From: Hyperthermus butylicus DSM 5456
Lineage (GTDB): Archaea; Thermoproteota; Thermoprotei_A; Sulfolobales; Pyrodictiaceae
Length of the DNA stretch: 32,000 nucleotides
Direction: 5' to 3'
NCBI RefSeq assembly: GCF_000015145.1
Contig: NC_008818.1
Span: 1,260,001-1,292,000 of the forward strand
The notes beneath the pieces are model-generated. The model had not been told where the DNA came from. It saw only the letters and a program-made list of their open reading frames with translations, and did no database searches. A program made the position numbers and the translations under genes. Shown here in pieces: positions 9,220 through 17,669 of the stretch (position 1 is the first letter of the stretch; every line of letters starts with the position of its first letter).

Positions 9220-10371
9220 TTACATCCCCAGCTTATACGATATCTTCTCGAGGACATCGTCAATCTCTCTGAGAGTATCGTTTGCTAGTGCACGTACACG
9301 CTGGTCATCTGCTTCGCGTAGAATGTTTATGATCCTGGTTTTAGCTATTTTGAGGCTGCGAAAGAGATCCACTAGCCTTGGGTCGTAGCTTCTCATCGTC
9401 TCTACTAGCCTAGCGGCCTCGCGTACATTTGCACGTATATCAGATAGCTCCTTGAGATACCTTTCTGGCATTTTGAGTTCCTCTGACAGTATGATAGATA
9501 CCTTGTCGAAGTCCTCGATGTCTCTCGGCGCTATGTACTTGAGTACTATTAGATCCCTCTCCTTAGCTCTGAGCCTACCCTCAAGCAGCGCATTAGCAGC
9601 TATAATCTTCAGCGATTTGGCCTTACGCCTATCTGTGAGATGTATGCCCCTCTCTTCGAATACCGCGAAGAGTCTTAGGAGCTTTGGCTTGATAGCTGAA
9701 AGGTCAACACTAAATATGAGTTTGTGGAGCTGCTGCAGTGAATCTATGTCTAGTACCGGCCTAGCTGGTGAAACTTTTCCAGCCTCTATCATCCAGCCAG
9801 CCTCGAGTAACTCGCTCCACTTGTTTTCTGGAAGTGGTTTCGCATACTGGCGGAGGAGAAAGCGATCGTAGATAGCTTCTAGTTCAGGCTCCTCCGGCAC
9901 CCTGTTCGTTGCACCAATAAGGCTCCATAGTGGAACCCTAACCTCCGTATAACCGTCGTACCAAATACGCTCCTGCATTATGCTGAGCAGCGCGTTTAGC
10001 ACGGCAGAGTTTGCATTGAATACCTCGTCGAGAAAGACTATCTCAGCCTCCGGCATCTTGCCCTTAGTTATCCTCACGTAGCGGCCCTCGCGTAACGCGT
10101 TAAGGTCAAGAGGCCCGAAGAGTTCGCTTGGCTCAGTATACTTTGTGAGCAAGTACTTAAAGAACTTTGCATTTATGAGCTCGGCAGCTCTACGGGCAAG
10201 TGCAGACTTTGCCGTGCCAGGCTCTCCTACAAGCAGTGCATGCTCGCGGGCTATGATGGCTAGTGTTATTGCCTTGCCCTCCTCCTCCCTGCCTACAAAT
10301 GGCTCTATTAGCATGTTGTAGAACTTCTTAGCCTTATCTAGCAGCTCTTTAACAGCTTCACTAGCCTGCAT
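9220..10371 (-). CDS. MoxR/RavA-type AAA+ ATPase
   Basis: Walker A VGEPGTAKSALARRAAE, Walker B AEIVFLDEVFNANSAVLNALLSIMQER, sensor IGATNRVPEEPELEAIYDRF; immediately upstream of the VWA gene. Confidence 0.92.
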   Translation of the reverse strand: MQASEAVKELLDKAKKFYNMLIEPFVGREEEGKAITLAIIAREHALLVGEPGTAKSALARRAAELINAKFFKYLLTKYTEPSELFGPLDLNALREGRYVRITKGKMPEAEIVFLDEVFNANSAVLNALLSIMQERIWYDGYTEVRVPLWSLIGATNRVPEEPELEAIYDRFLLRQYAKPLPENKWSELLEAGWMIEAGKVSPARPVLDIDSLQQLHKLIFSVDLSAIKPKLLRLFAVFEERGIHLTDRRKAKSLKIIAANALLEGRLRAKERDLIVLKYIAPRDIEDFDKVSIILSEELKMPERYLKELSDIRANVREAARLVETMRSYDPRLVDLFRSLKIAKTRIINILREADDQRVRALANDTLREIDDVLEKISYKLGM

Positions 10372-10450
10372 TATTACCGCTGCCCATATCTATACCTCTA
10401 AGCTAGCTAAAGGGGATATATCTAGCGTTCCATGTATAGCGTTGTGGGGT

Positions 10451-10503
10451 GTGCTGAGCCCGGTTTTCAGCTGATAACGAGTGATGAGGAGTTGCTCTAC
10501 TGA
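10451..10503 (+). ncRNA. Candidate C/D-box sRNA
   Basis: C-like GTGCTGA (10451-10457), 13 nt, D' CTGA (10471-10474), 6 nt, C' GTGATGA (10481-10487), 12 nt guide GGAGTTGCTCTA, D CTGA (10500-10503); flanking GGGG (10446-10449) / CCCC (10504-10507) stem; TATA-like GATATATC about 30 bp upstream. Confidence 0.65.
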
Positions 10504-10762
10504 CCCCTCTAGCAACTCTATTGGCGTGTCGGTAACCGGTGCACTCTTCATCCGCTATGTCGCGTCAAGAGACGGGGTTTATCCTCATCCACCGCTCTAA
10601 TCTGTTGTATAGAGGGTGGAGGCATATTAGGGCTGCAACTACACCGGTAAAGCATGGAGTTTGAGTGATGATAATTGCACGTCGCATACCCCGCAGCCAC
10701 GGGGGATGTTGTGCCTCCACCGGGGCTGAATCCTTCTACAACTCCGGCGGGGATGGGAGTGT

Positions 10763-11107
10763 ATGGATGTTGAAAAGCTAGGAGAGTGCCTCTTGGGTAG
10801 GCTTGAAGCTCAAAGCATAGTTGTCGAGAACAAATGTGATGAACGTATAGTTTTAGAGGCGATCGAGGTCAAGTACTATGTCGTCGTAAACGTTCGAGGA
10901 GGCAGGGATGGCGTGATCGAGGAACGCCCTGCAAGGAGGGAGATAACCGAAAGGATTGGGGTTGATAGTGTTCTTGACCCAGGTTCTAGGTTTGAAGTAT
11001 ACTTTGGAACAGTTGAGAACATCGAGGAGTTGAATGTAATCGTTAGGGTTGGCGACAAACTGTACCGTGTACCGTTGGCGGCAGAGGCTAGCAGTGGCAC
11101 TATGTAG
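10763..11107 (+). CDS. Hypothetical protein
   Basis: 114-aa ORF with plausible alpha/beta composition; converges with marC-like ORF. Confidence 0.5.
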   Translation: MDVEKLGECLLGRLEAQSIVVENKCDERIVLEAIEVKYYVVVNVRGGRDGVIEERPARREITERIGVDSVLDPGSRFEVYFGTVENIEELNVIVRVGDKLYRVPLAAEASSGTM

Positions 11108-11738
11108 TTGCCAGTATGTCTTGTATGCCAGTTCTAATCATTGCCACAGCTATTGCTGCTAGAAGCATAGCCATTATCTTCGACAGTGCTATCGCTCCAT
11201 TTTTCCCTAATAAGTTCATTAGCTTCTGGCTGTGATAGAGCATCAGGAATGTTATAGCAGTATTTACAGTTACGCTCGCCAGAGCATATGTTAGCCCATG
11301 CACGGCCCTTACGTAGAGAACAGTTGCTATAGCAGCTGGACCTGCTAGCAACGGTGTTGCAAGCGGCACTATTGCTATTGACTCAACCTCTTCCGGGTGC
11401 CTTATCATTTCGGCTTCTGTCCAGCCAAGGATTCCAGCTATACCGTAGATGAGGAGTACGATGCCGCCAGCTATGCGGAAGTCTGCTAACGTGAGCCCGA
11501 AATAGCTTAGAGCGGTATTTCCTGTGAGGGCAAATACGAACAATATGCTGGTAGCTACTATGCAGCTCTGCTTAACTATTCGCACCCTTAGCCTGGCGTC
11601 AAGCCTGGCTGTTAGACTATAGAATAGCGGTGCGTTGCCGATAGGGTCTATTGCTATGAATAGGAGGACTATAGACTGTACTAGTGTTTCAGTGTTAGCC
11701 CCGCCGCTTGGCTGCATAGCGCTCCAGTGCCTCCACAA
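11100..11738 (-). CDS. MarC-family integral membrane protein
   Basis: FIAIDPIGNAPLFYSLT, GGIVLLIYGI, IVPLATPLLAGPAAIATVL. Start probably internal (MQPSGGANTE). Confidence 0.9.
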   Translation of the reverse strand: MWRHWSAMQPSGGANTETLVQSIVLLFIAIDPIGNAPLFYSLTARLDARLRVRIVKQSCIVATSILFVFALTGNTALSYFGLTLADFRIAGGIVLLIYGIAGILGWTEAEMIRHPEEVESIAIVPLATPLLAGPAAIATVLYVRAVHGLTYALASVTVNTAITFLMLYHSQKLMNLLGKNGAIALSKIMAMLLAAIAVAMIRTGIQDILATT

Positions 11739-12045
11739 TCCTTTCTATAAGCTTTTTTCTGCACTCCTCAACACAGTTTTCAATACATTGCCGGTCGTCC
11801 AGATCGCAGCCACTACTATAACTGCACTCCGACCTACAGCCCCTATCATTGACCGTTAGGACATAGATTCCGAGCCTGGTGTCGACAACAGTATTCAATA
11901 CTACGAGGCCTACACCGGACTCTCTAATAATCCTGGCAACGAGTTCCGGTGGGTCTAAGTCGCGTTGGTATATGAAACCGCCAAGCTGTTTAAAGGCGCT
12001 AGCAATGCGTCGGCTAAGTTCAGCCATCTCCAAGAGATTTTGCAC
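11695..12045 (-). CDS. Small cysteine-rich hypothetical protein
   Basis: 116-aa ORF with DRGCRSECSYSSGCDLDDRQCIENCVEEC (six Cys). Confidence 0.6.
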   Translation of the reverse strand: MQNLLEMAELSRRIASAFKQLGGFIYQRDLDPPELVARIIRESGVGLVVLNTVVDTRLGIYVLTVNDRGCRSECSYSSGCDLDDRQCIENCVEECRKKLIERIVEALERYAAKRRG

Positions 12046-12108
12046 CGGGGGGTAAGTAGCGGAGATTAGCTACCCGATTATACCTAACGTCTCCGGTGCT
12101 AGGGGTCA

Positions 12109-12291
12109 ATGTACGAGTGTGCATTGCTGCTAGTACCTATCATAACTGCTGTACTACTAGCCTTACATTATATCGTGCTAAAAAGGGTGTATGGTAGCCG
12201 GCTGAGACTAGTATATATTGTGAATGCTGGGGCTGTTGTTCTTACGATTGTATCGCTACTCTTTTTGCTTCTACGCTGTGGAACGAGCTAG
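12109..12291 (+). CDS. Small membrane protein
   Basis: 60-aa ORF with two hydrophobic segments (LLLVPIITAVLLALHYIVL; VYIVNAGAVVLTIVSLLFLLL). Confidence 0.4.
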   Translation: MYECALLLVPIITAVLLALHYIVLKRVYGSRLRLVYIVNAGAVVLTIVSLLFLLLRCGTS

Positions 12292-12334
12292 CGCTACCAT
12301 TATTAAACATGTGTTAAGGAGAACCCATAGCTGT

Positions 12335-12625
12335 ATGGGGGCGGGAGTAGTGGTTGACTATTATTCACAGCGTGAGTCTATACATGTAGCGCACCTTGAG
12401 GGGTTAGCATCTACTGGCATGATTAAGCAGTTCAAGGTTGAGGACTGTGAACATCCTGGCATGGGAAGAATAGTTGCAGAGTTAGTTGATGGAAGAACAT
12501 ATGTAACTAAGTGTATTGATTCAAGGGGATTAAAGAAGGTGGTAATGTATCTCCAGTACGCGTCAAACCTAAGCAGACTTATCGTAGAGGGCATCGCAGA
12601 GGAGGAGCGGGAAGAGCAAGGGTAG
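12335..12625 (+). CDS. Small hypothetical protein
   Basis: Internal start MGAGVVVDYYSQRESIHVAHLEG preferred over the track start at 12224, whose N-terminus overlaps the previous ORF. Confidence 0.5.
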   Translation: MGAGVVVDYYSQRESIHVAHLEGLASTGMIKQFKVEDCEHPGMGRIVAELVDGRTYVTKCIDSRGLKKVVMYLQYASNLSRLIVEGIAEEEREEQG

Positions 12626-12653
12626 AAGCATAGATTAGGGCTACCCCTGGTGC

Positions 12654-13010
12654 ATGTTGGAGGGTGGTCATGCCATGGGCAAGAGGATGCGTATGACGCT
12701 CCCAAAGAAGGAGGAGGACCTACAGAAGGTCGTTGAGGAGGTATCGGAACTCCATAATCATCACCATCATCACCATCACCATGAGATTGAGGGTCTGGAC
12801 GAGATATTGCATACTATAGATGTGTTGATGGATACTATGAATACGAGGCTTTCTGACCTGGAAGAAAAGATTGGCAAGCTTCGTGAGGAGATTATAAACC
12901 TCTACAAGCTCTTCGGTCTGCTAGTTGAGGCCATGGCGGCTGAGGATGATTCGCATCGTAAACAAGTGCTAACAAAAGCTGTCGAGATACTTAAGACAAG
13001 CATCCCATAG
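12654..13010 (+). CDS. Histidine-run coiled-coil protein
   Basis: MGKRMRMTLPKKEEDLQKVVEEVSELHNHHHHHHHHEIEGLDEILHTIDVLMDTMNTRLSDLEEKIGKLREEIINLYKLFGLLVEAMAAED; likely start ATG at 12675. Confidence 0.7.
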   Translation: MLEGGHAMGKRMRMTLPKKEEDLQKVVEEVSELHNHHHHHHHHEIEGLDEILHTIDVLMDTMNTRLSDLEEKIGKLREEIINLYKLFGLLVEAMAAEDDSHRKQVLTKAVEILKTSIP

Positions 13011-13060
13011 TATAAGCGATTATATGGCCATCCTGCCATACTAATAACCCCGTAGGAGTC

Positions 13061-14083
13061 ATGATGAGTACCATGGTATCGGAGAGCCTTGGTCTCCCTT
13101 GCTGGTGTTCACCAGTCATACTCGCTGGGACAGCATACCCAGGCGATATAGTGTTTGTTAGGTATAACACTGTGTATGTTATAGTACGCAGACTTTATGG
13201 TGATACTTATCTCGCGATACCAAAATACATTCGTGGTTTAGGACCCTGGAGGACAGTGATTAGTGGGCAGCTAAAGAGAATCATTACAACGTACTCGCCA
13301 CGAAGTATCCATGGTGCAGCAGCACTTGCGGGTGCAAAGCTAGAGAAAACGCCACAATTCTCGACAAATGTGCCCATAGTAAAGCTCTCAGATAGCGATC
13401 TTCTCCTCTGCACAACTAGACCTCCACTTAGTCCCCTAGAGTTACTCGAGGCCGAAAGAATAGCACCTGGTGTCTGGAGCCAGGTCTATAGATTCCTTAA
13501 CGAGCTTGCCGACTGTGTAAAGCCTACGGGCTCTCTACTCCAGGGTAGCTTTACTAGCTTCTCCGACGTGGATCTCATAGTTGACATTTCTAGGCCAAGG
13601 TGTCTGTCAAAGCTAGTAGAGTTCATGGAATATATGCAGTATAGGAGTAGATCTCCTCCTACTGCTGATATAGTTGTGGTTAGTGAGGCGTCAGAGCGTA
13701 ATATACCAGTGGAACTGGTACGGAGACTCTTAAGACCATGGACGAAGCTTAGTATTGAAGGAAGGAGAGTCTCGCTGTCAATCGCAGACTTTAATGCACG
13801 ATTAGAACCCCTTAGGGTGATTGTAGAGACAAGTAAGGTTATAGTCGACAAAGTAGTAGATGTTGAACCTTACCAGCAAACACTAGGTGATTTTCCAGCA
13901 ATTGCTGTAACAAATGATGGAAGCTACATAGTAATCTATGATGGGCTATTTGTTCCCTTAGTTTTTGAGGGCGGAAAACTACGCGTTAGAGGGTTAAAGG
14001 CATGCCTAAAAAAGGGGGATGAATGTTTAGACGCGATAGTCATAGGTGTTAGGGAGGTAGCAACTTTTATAGACATAGCATGA
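13061..14083 (+). CDS. Nucleotidyltransferase-domain protein
   Basis: TGSLLQGSFTSFSDVDLIVDI resembles the NTase G[S]...DxD signature. Confidence 0.6.
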   Translation: MMSTMVSESLGLPCWCSPVILAGTAYPGDIVFVRYNTVYVIVRRLYGDTYLAIPKYIRGLGPWRTVISGQLKRIITTYSPRSIHGAAALAGAKLEKTPQFSTNVPIVKLSDSDLLLCTTRPPLSPLELLEAERIAPGVWSQVYRFLNELADCVKPTGSLLQGSFTSFSDVDLIVDISRPRCLSKLVEFMEYMQYRSRSPPTADIVVVSEASERNIPVELVRRLLRPWTKLSIEGRRVSLSIADFNARLEPLRVIVETSKVIVDKVVDVEPYQQTLGDFPAIAVTNDGSYIVIYDGLFVPLVFEGGKLRVRGLKACLKKGDECLDAIVIGVREVATFIDIA

Positions 14084-14199
14084 TAAACACTACTTTTTAA
14101 CGATTTCATGTATCATTTCTTTTACGATTGCAGCTACTGGTCTTAAGTATGACTAGCAATGTTTTTCTCTCCTAGCTACAACATTCGTAGCCGCTGCGA

Positions 14200-14401
14200 C
14201 TATTGACCATGTTCGTGGTTATGACCTGGCATGCCTTGTGGGCCATGTTCCAAGTAGTAATCTGGATTCTTCTCAAACTCTTTCTTACAAATTGGGCTGC
14301 AGAAATAGTATATCTTACCCTTGTAGACTGTTTTGTAGGGTGTCCTCTGAGGGTCTACCTTCATCCCGCAAACAAGGATCTATTACCTCGTGGCTTGTCA
14401 T
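14200..14401 (-). pseudogene. YHS-domain small metal-binding protein, frameshifted
   Basis: Minus strand reads MTSHEVIDP then, after dropping one base near 14374-14375, VCGMKVDPQRTPYKTVYKGKIYYFCSPICKKEFEKNPDYYLEHGPQGMPGHNHEHGQ*. The 202-nt ATG-to-stop distance is 3n+1. Confidence 0.8.
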
Positions 14402-14485
14402 ATAGCTCCAAATCTACTTAAATTGTTACGGGGGTTTTACTAATACCAGCCAGGTGCTACTTTCAGTTATAGCTTACGTTGTTAC

Positions 14486-16959
14486 TTATCGTACTAAGCC
14501 TCTGCCCAGGAGTAAGGTGTTGAGGGTTACAGATATAGAACTCAATGCCATGGCTGCAGCTGCAAACTCTGGCCGTAGCATGATGCCATATGATGTGTAG
14601 AGCACGCCTGCTGCGATTGGGATTAGGGTTACGTTATAGAGGAAGGCCCAAAGGAGGTTCAGTTTGATTAGCTTGTAGATACCCTTGGCAGCCCGTATGG
14701 CTACTAGAACTCCACGTAGGTCATTACGTACAAGGATTATGTCGCCTGCTTCTTTAGCTATGTCTGTGCCTCGTCCCATGGCGATGCCTACGTCTGCTTG
14801 AACAAGGCTAGCTGCATCATTGATGCCATCACCTATCATTGCCACGACCTCGCCGCGCCGCTGCAGCTCACGTATTTTATCTACCTTATCTTCTGGATTT
14901 GCCTCAGCTATGACGTTGTCGATGCCCAGCTGTTTTGCTACGGCGTATGCTGTTACCTTGTTATCGCCGGTTAGCATAGCTACACGCAGCCCCATGCGAC
15001 GCAGAGTTTCAACGACCTCGCGTGTGTGCGGTCTAGGCTTGTCGGCAACCGCCACTATGCCAGCTAGTTTGCCATCAACTGCCACGTATACTATAGTTGA
15101 ACCCATCTCGCGAAGTTTTTCCACATCTTTTTCTGCTTGTACAATATTGACCTCGAAACCCTTCATCAACTTCTCGTTGCCCACTGCTACCGTCCTACCA
15201 GAGATTATTGCTACAACACCTTGGCCAAGGATTGCTGTAAAGTCCTCCGGCTCTGGTGGCTCGATTCCAGCCTTTCTGGCTGCCTCCAAGATGGATCTCG
15301 CTATTGGATGCTCACTCCTCTTCTCGGCTGCTGCGGCTAAAGCTAGTACCTCATCCCTTGGAAGGTTGTAGGTTATTATTTCCACAACCTCTGGGCGACC
15401 GATGGTAAGGGTGCCTGTCTTATCGAAGACAACCATCGTCAACTTGGTTGCCTTCTCTATAGACTCGATGTTCCTTATTACCACACCTTGTCTCGCAACA
15501 TGGCCAACTCCCGTTACAACTGCTAGAGGTGAAGCTAAGCCTAAAAGCGCAAGGACAAGCAACGAGTAACACAGCAGCAAGGAAGACAAGCGCCTTTCCG
15601 AGCGGCAGTCCTGCTATGAAATACCAGTAGATGAACACGATTGTAGCAATTCCCATGACAAACCATGCAAACATACCAGCAGTTTTGTCAACGATGTGTT
15701 GTATCGGGGGCTTGCCTGCTTGTGCATGCCTTACAAGCCGAATTATCTGAGCGAGTACTGTATCATTACCTACGCGTGTTACATGGGTGCGAAGGTAGCC
15801 CGTTGTTAGCAATGTGCCGGCTATTACGGGTTCTCCTCGCTTCTTTTCCACTGGTACGGGTTCACCGGTCACCATCGACTCGTCAACATAGCCGTGGCCT
15901 TCCTCGACGATACCATCAACTGGTATTCGTTCACCAGACTTCACAGCGACAAGGTCTCCAACATTGATACGGTCTAATGGTACTTCCTCTTCGACTCCAT
16001 CCTTTACAAGTCTCGCTGTGGGAGGCTGCAGCTCGAGCAATTTTCGTACGGCTTCACCTGTACGCAGCTTCATCTTTGCCTCAATGAACCTGCCCAGGAG
16101 TATGAAGGAGATTATGAAAGCTGGTGCCTCGAACTATGTTTCGGATTCTATGATGCCAAACATTGATGCAACACTAAGAACATAGGCGGCGCCACTGCCG
16201 AGAGCTACAAGAGTATCCATACCAGCTGAATAAGTTTTTCAAGGATCTGATGGCACCAGTAAAGAATCTACGTCCTCCGGTTGCCATCACCAATGTGGCT
16301 ATGAGAAAGCCTATAAGATCCACAACGTTCTTGGGGAGTCCTAGTAAGGGCTTAATGAGGTACACCAACAAACCCAGAGCAATCGATGGCGGAAGACTAA
16401 CGAGTACGAGGCGCTTTAACTCGGCAACTTCACGCTCTACTATTCTTTGTTCAACCTCCTCGAGACTTATCTCCTCAGCTGCAACCTTGACCACGCGGTA
16501 GCCCATTGATTCGATATGTTTTTTCTAATTTCGTCCACAGTAACTGTCAGAGGATTGTAGGTTACGAATAACCTTCTTAGAGACATGGAAAGCTCTAACA
16601 TCGACAACACCCGGTATCTTTGACAATTTGTTCTCCAGTGTGAGTTCATCGCTAGGAGTGCTTAGGTTCTCAACTATGAACACTGCCTCCTCACGATAAA
16701 CATCGTAGCCAACCTCGCGTACAATTTTAACTATGTCCTTGAGAGTTGTAGTTGATGGATCATATTCAACTATGGCCTCCCCCGTGGCGAAGTTTACTGA
16801 GACTTTGCCAACACCTTTCACCTTACGCAAAGCTTTCTCAATGGTTACTACGCAATTTGCACAATGCATGCCGAGTACACGTAGCTTCATTGCTACTTGT
16901 CTTTGCTCTTCAACGGTGATCCTCAAGTTCTTTCTCGTGGTGGTAGGATTATCAGTCAT
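14486..16959 (-). pseudogene. copA: Copper-type P1B ATPase (CopA-like), broken by frameshifts and an in-frame TAG
   Basis: Fragments across the region: HMA domain GMHCANCVVTIEKAL, A-domain MVTGEPVPV, CPC motif VACPCA|LGLASPLAVVTG (split), P-domain VVFDKTGTL, hinge MIGDGINDAASL. Confidence 0.88.
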
Positions 16960-17465
16960 GTCGGTGTAACCTACACCATAATAGAATATAGCATGTGTTA
17001 TGTGTCTATATTTTTCAGCACCGGATACGATGCTAGGAGGTTGTAGGCTGCTAACTTGTACTACATGATTGATTACTTGGTAATTTGTGCTCGTTCCTAA
17101 TCAAACAAGGGAAGGCGATACATGTCTGCTCTGCTAAAAACTAGATTTAGAATATATTAATTGATCCTGGATGTTATAGTCATATTTAAATCTTCGCTGC
17201 GGCTCCGGACATATTTTCTCAAGGCATTCCATTTCCTCCCTTTGGAATAATCCATACTTTACTGTCACATATCATTGCGTAAGATGTTTGTTGAGGAATC
17301 AGGGAAGACCTCTTTGGTCCTTGCGTTTTTGCTTCCCCTTCTACCCTCCTTAGGCTTTCAAGAACAACATTGATATCCTTGAAGGAATGTTGAGAAGGAG
17401 TTGATGACTCTTCATTTTGAGTGGATAACTTGGGGTCAGCTGAATTGATTAGTAGTGTGGGATGG

Positions 17466-17540
17466 CGGGCCCGCGGGGATTTGAACCCCGGACTACCGGC
17501 TCCGCAGGCCGGCGTCCTATCCTGGCTAGACTACGGGCCC
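17466..17540 (-). tRNA. tRNA-Arg (anticodon GCG), no intron
   Basis: Minus strand GGGCCCG TA GTCTAGCCAGGATAGGAC G CCGGC CTGCGGA GCCGG TAGTC CGGGG TTCAAAT CCCCG CGGGCCC G; all four stems pair; anticodon loop CTGCGGA. Confidence 0.95.
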
Positions 17541-17669
17541 AGCCCATGGTAATGAATTTCATTAATCCTCTCCCTCTTAAGCTTTTCACTTGGAGTTAGG
17601 GTAGGGTTTTGGCCAAGTGGTCTTATACGGTGATACGTATAGTGTATTGGTGTAGTAGGGGTTGTCATT

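Noticed and set aside
9452-9871. Plus-strand 139-aa ORF within the MoxR ATPase gene; similar antisense ORFs at 8586, 20778, 24666 and 25922
   Set aside because: Each is antisense to a well-supported gene and has the Ser/Leu-rich composition typical of reverse-strand shadows.
7898-10371. MoxR ATPase + VWA pair as a possible novel defence or conflict module
   Set aside because: Widespread RavA/ViaA- or CoxE-like chaperone pair; no effector, nuclease or mobility gene beside it.
10665-10729. GTGATGA ... ATGTTGT ... CTGA as a further C/D sRNA
   Set aside because: No acceptable D' box, 22-nt gap before C', no terminal stem; may just be the 5' region of the 10763 gene.
12361-12705. Minus-strand 114-aa Cys-rich ORF as a possible small metalloprotein
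   Set aside because: Fully overlaps two better plus-strand ORFs; the Cys pattern likely comes from antisense codons.
14203-14421. Plus-strand 72-aa hydrophobic ORF
   Set aside because: Antisense to the frameshifted YHS gene, whose conserved sequence explains the region better.
14820-15371. Plus-strand 183-aa ORF opposite copA
   Set aside because: Antisense to the highly conserved ATPase P/N domains, Ser/Thr/Ala-rich shadow ORF.
14486-16959. Programmed ribosomal frameshifting in copA
   Set aside because: Several shifts in both directions plus a nonsense codon cannot be explained by a single programmed event such as that of bacterial copA.
17401-17443. Possible plus-strand C/D sRNA (TTGATGA ... 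GTGGATA ... CTGA) just beside tRNA-Arg
   Set aside because: First guide is only about 9 nt with a TTGA D', C' is poor, no terminal stem; most likely chance motifs.
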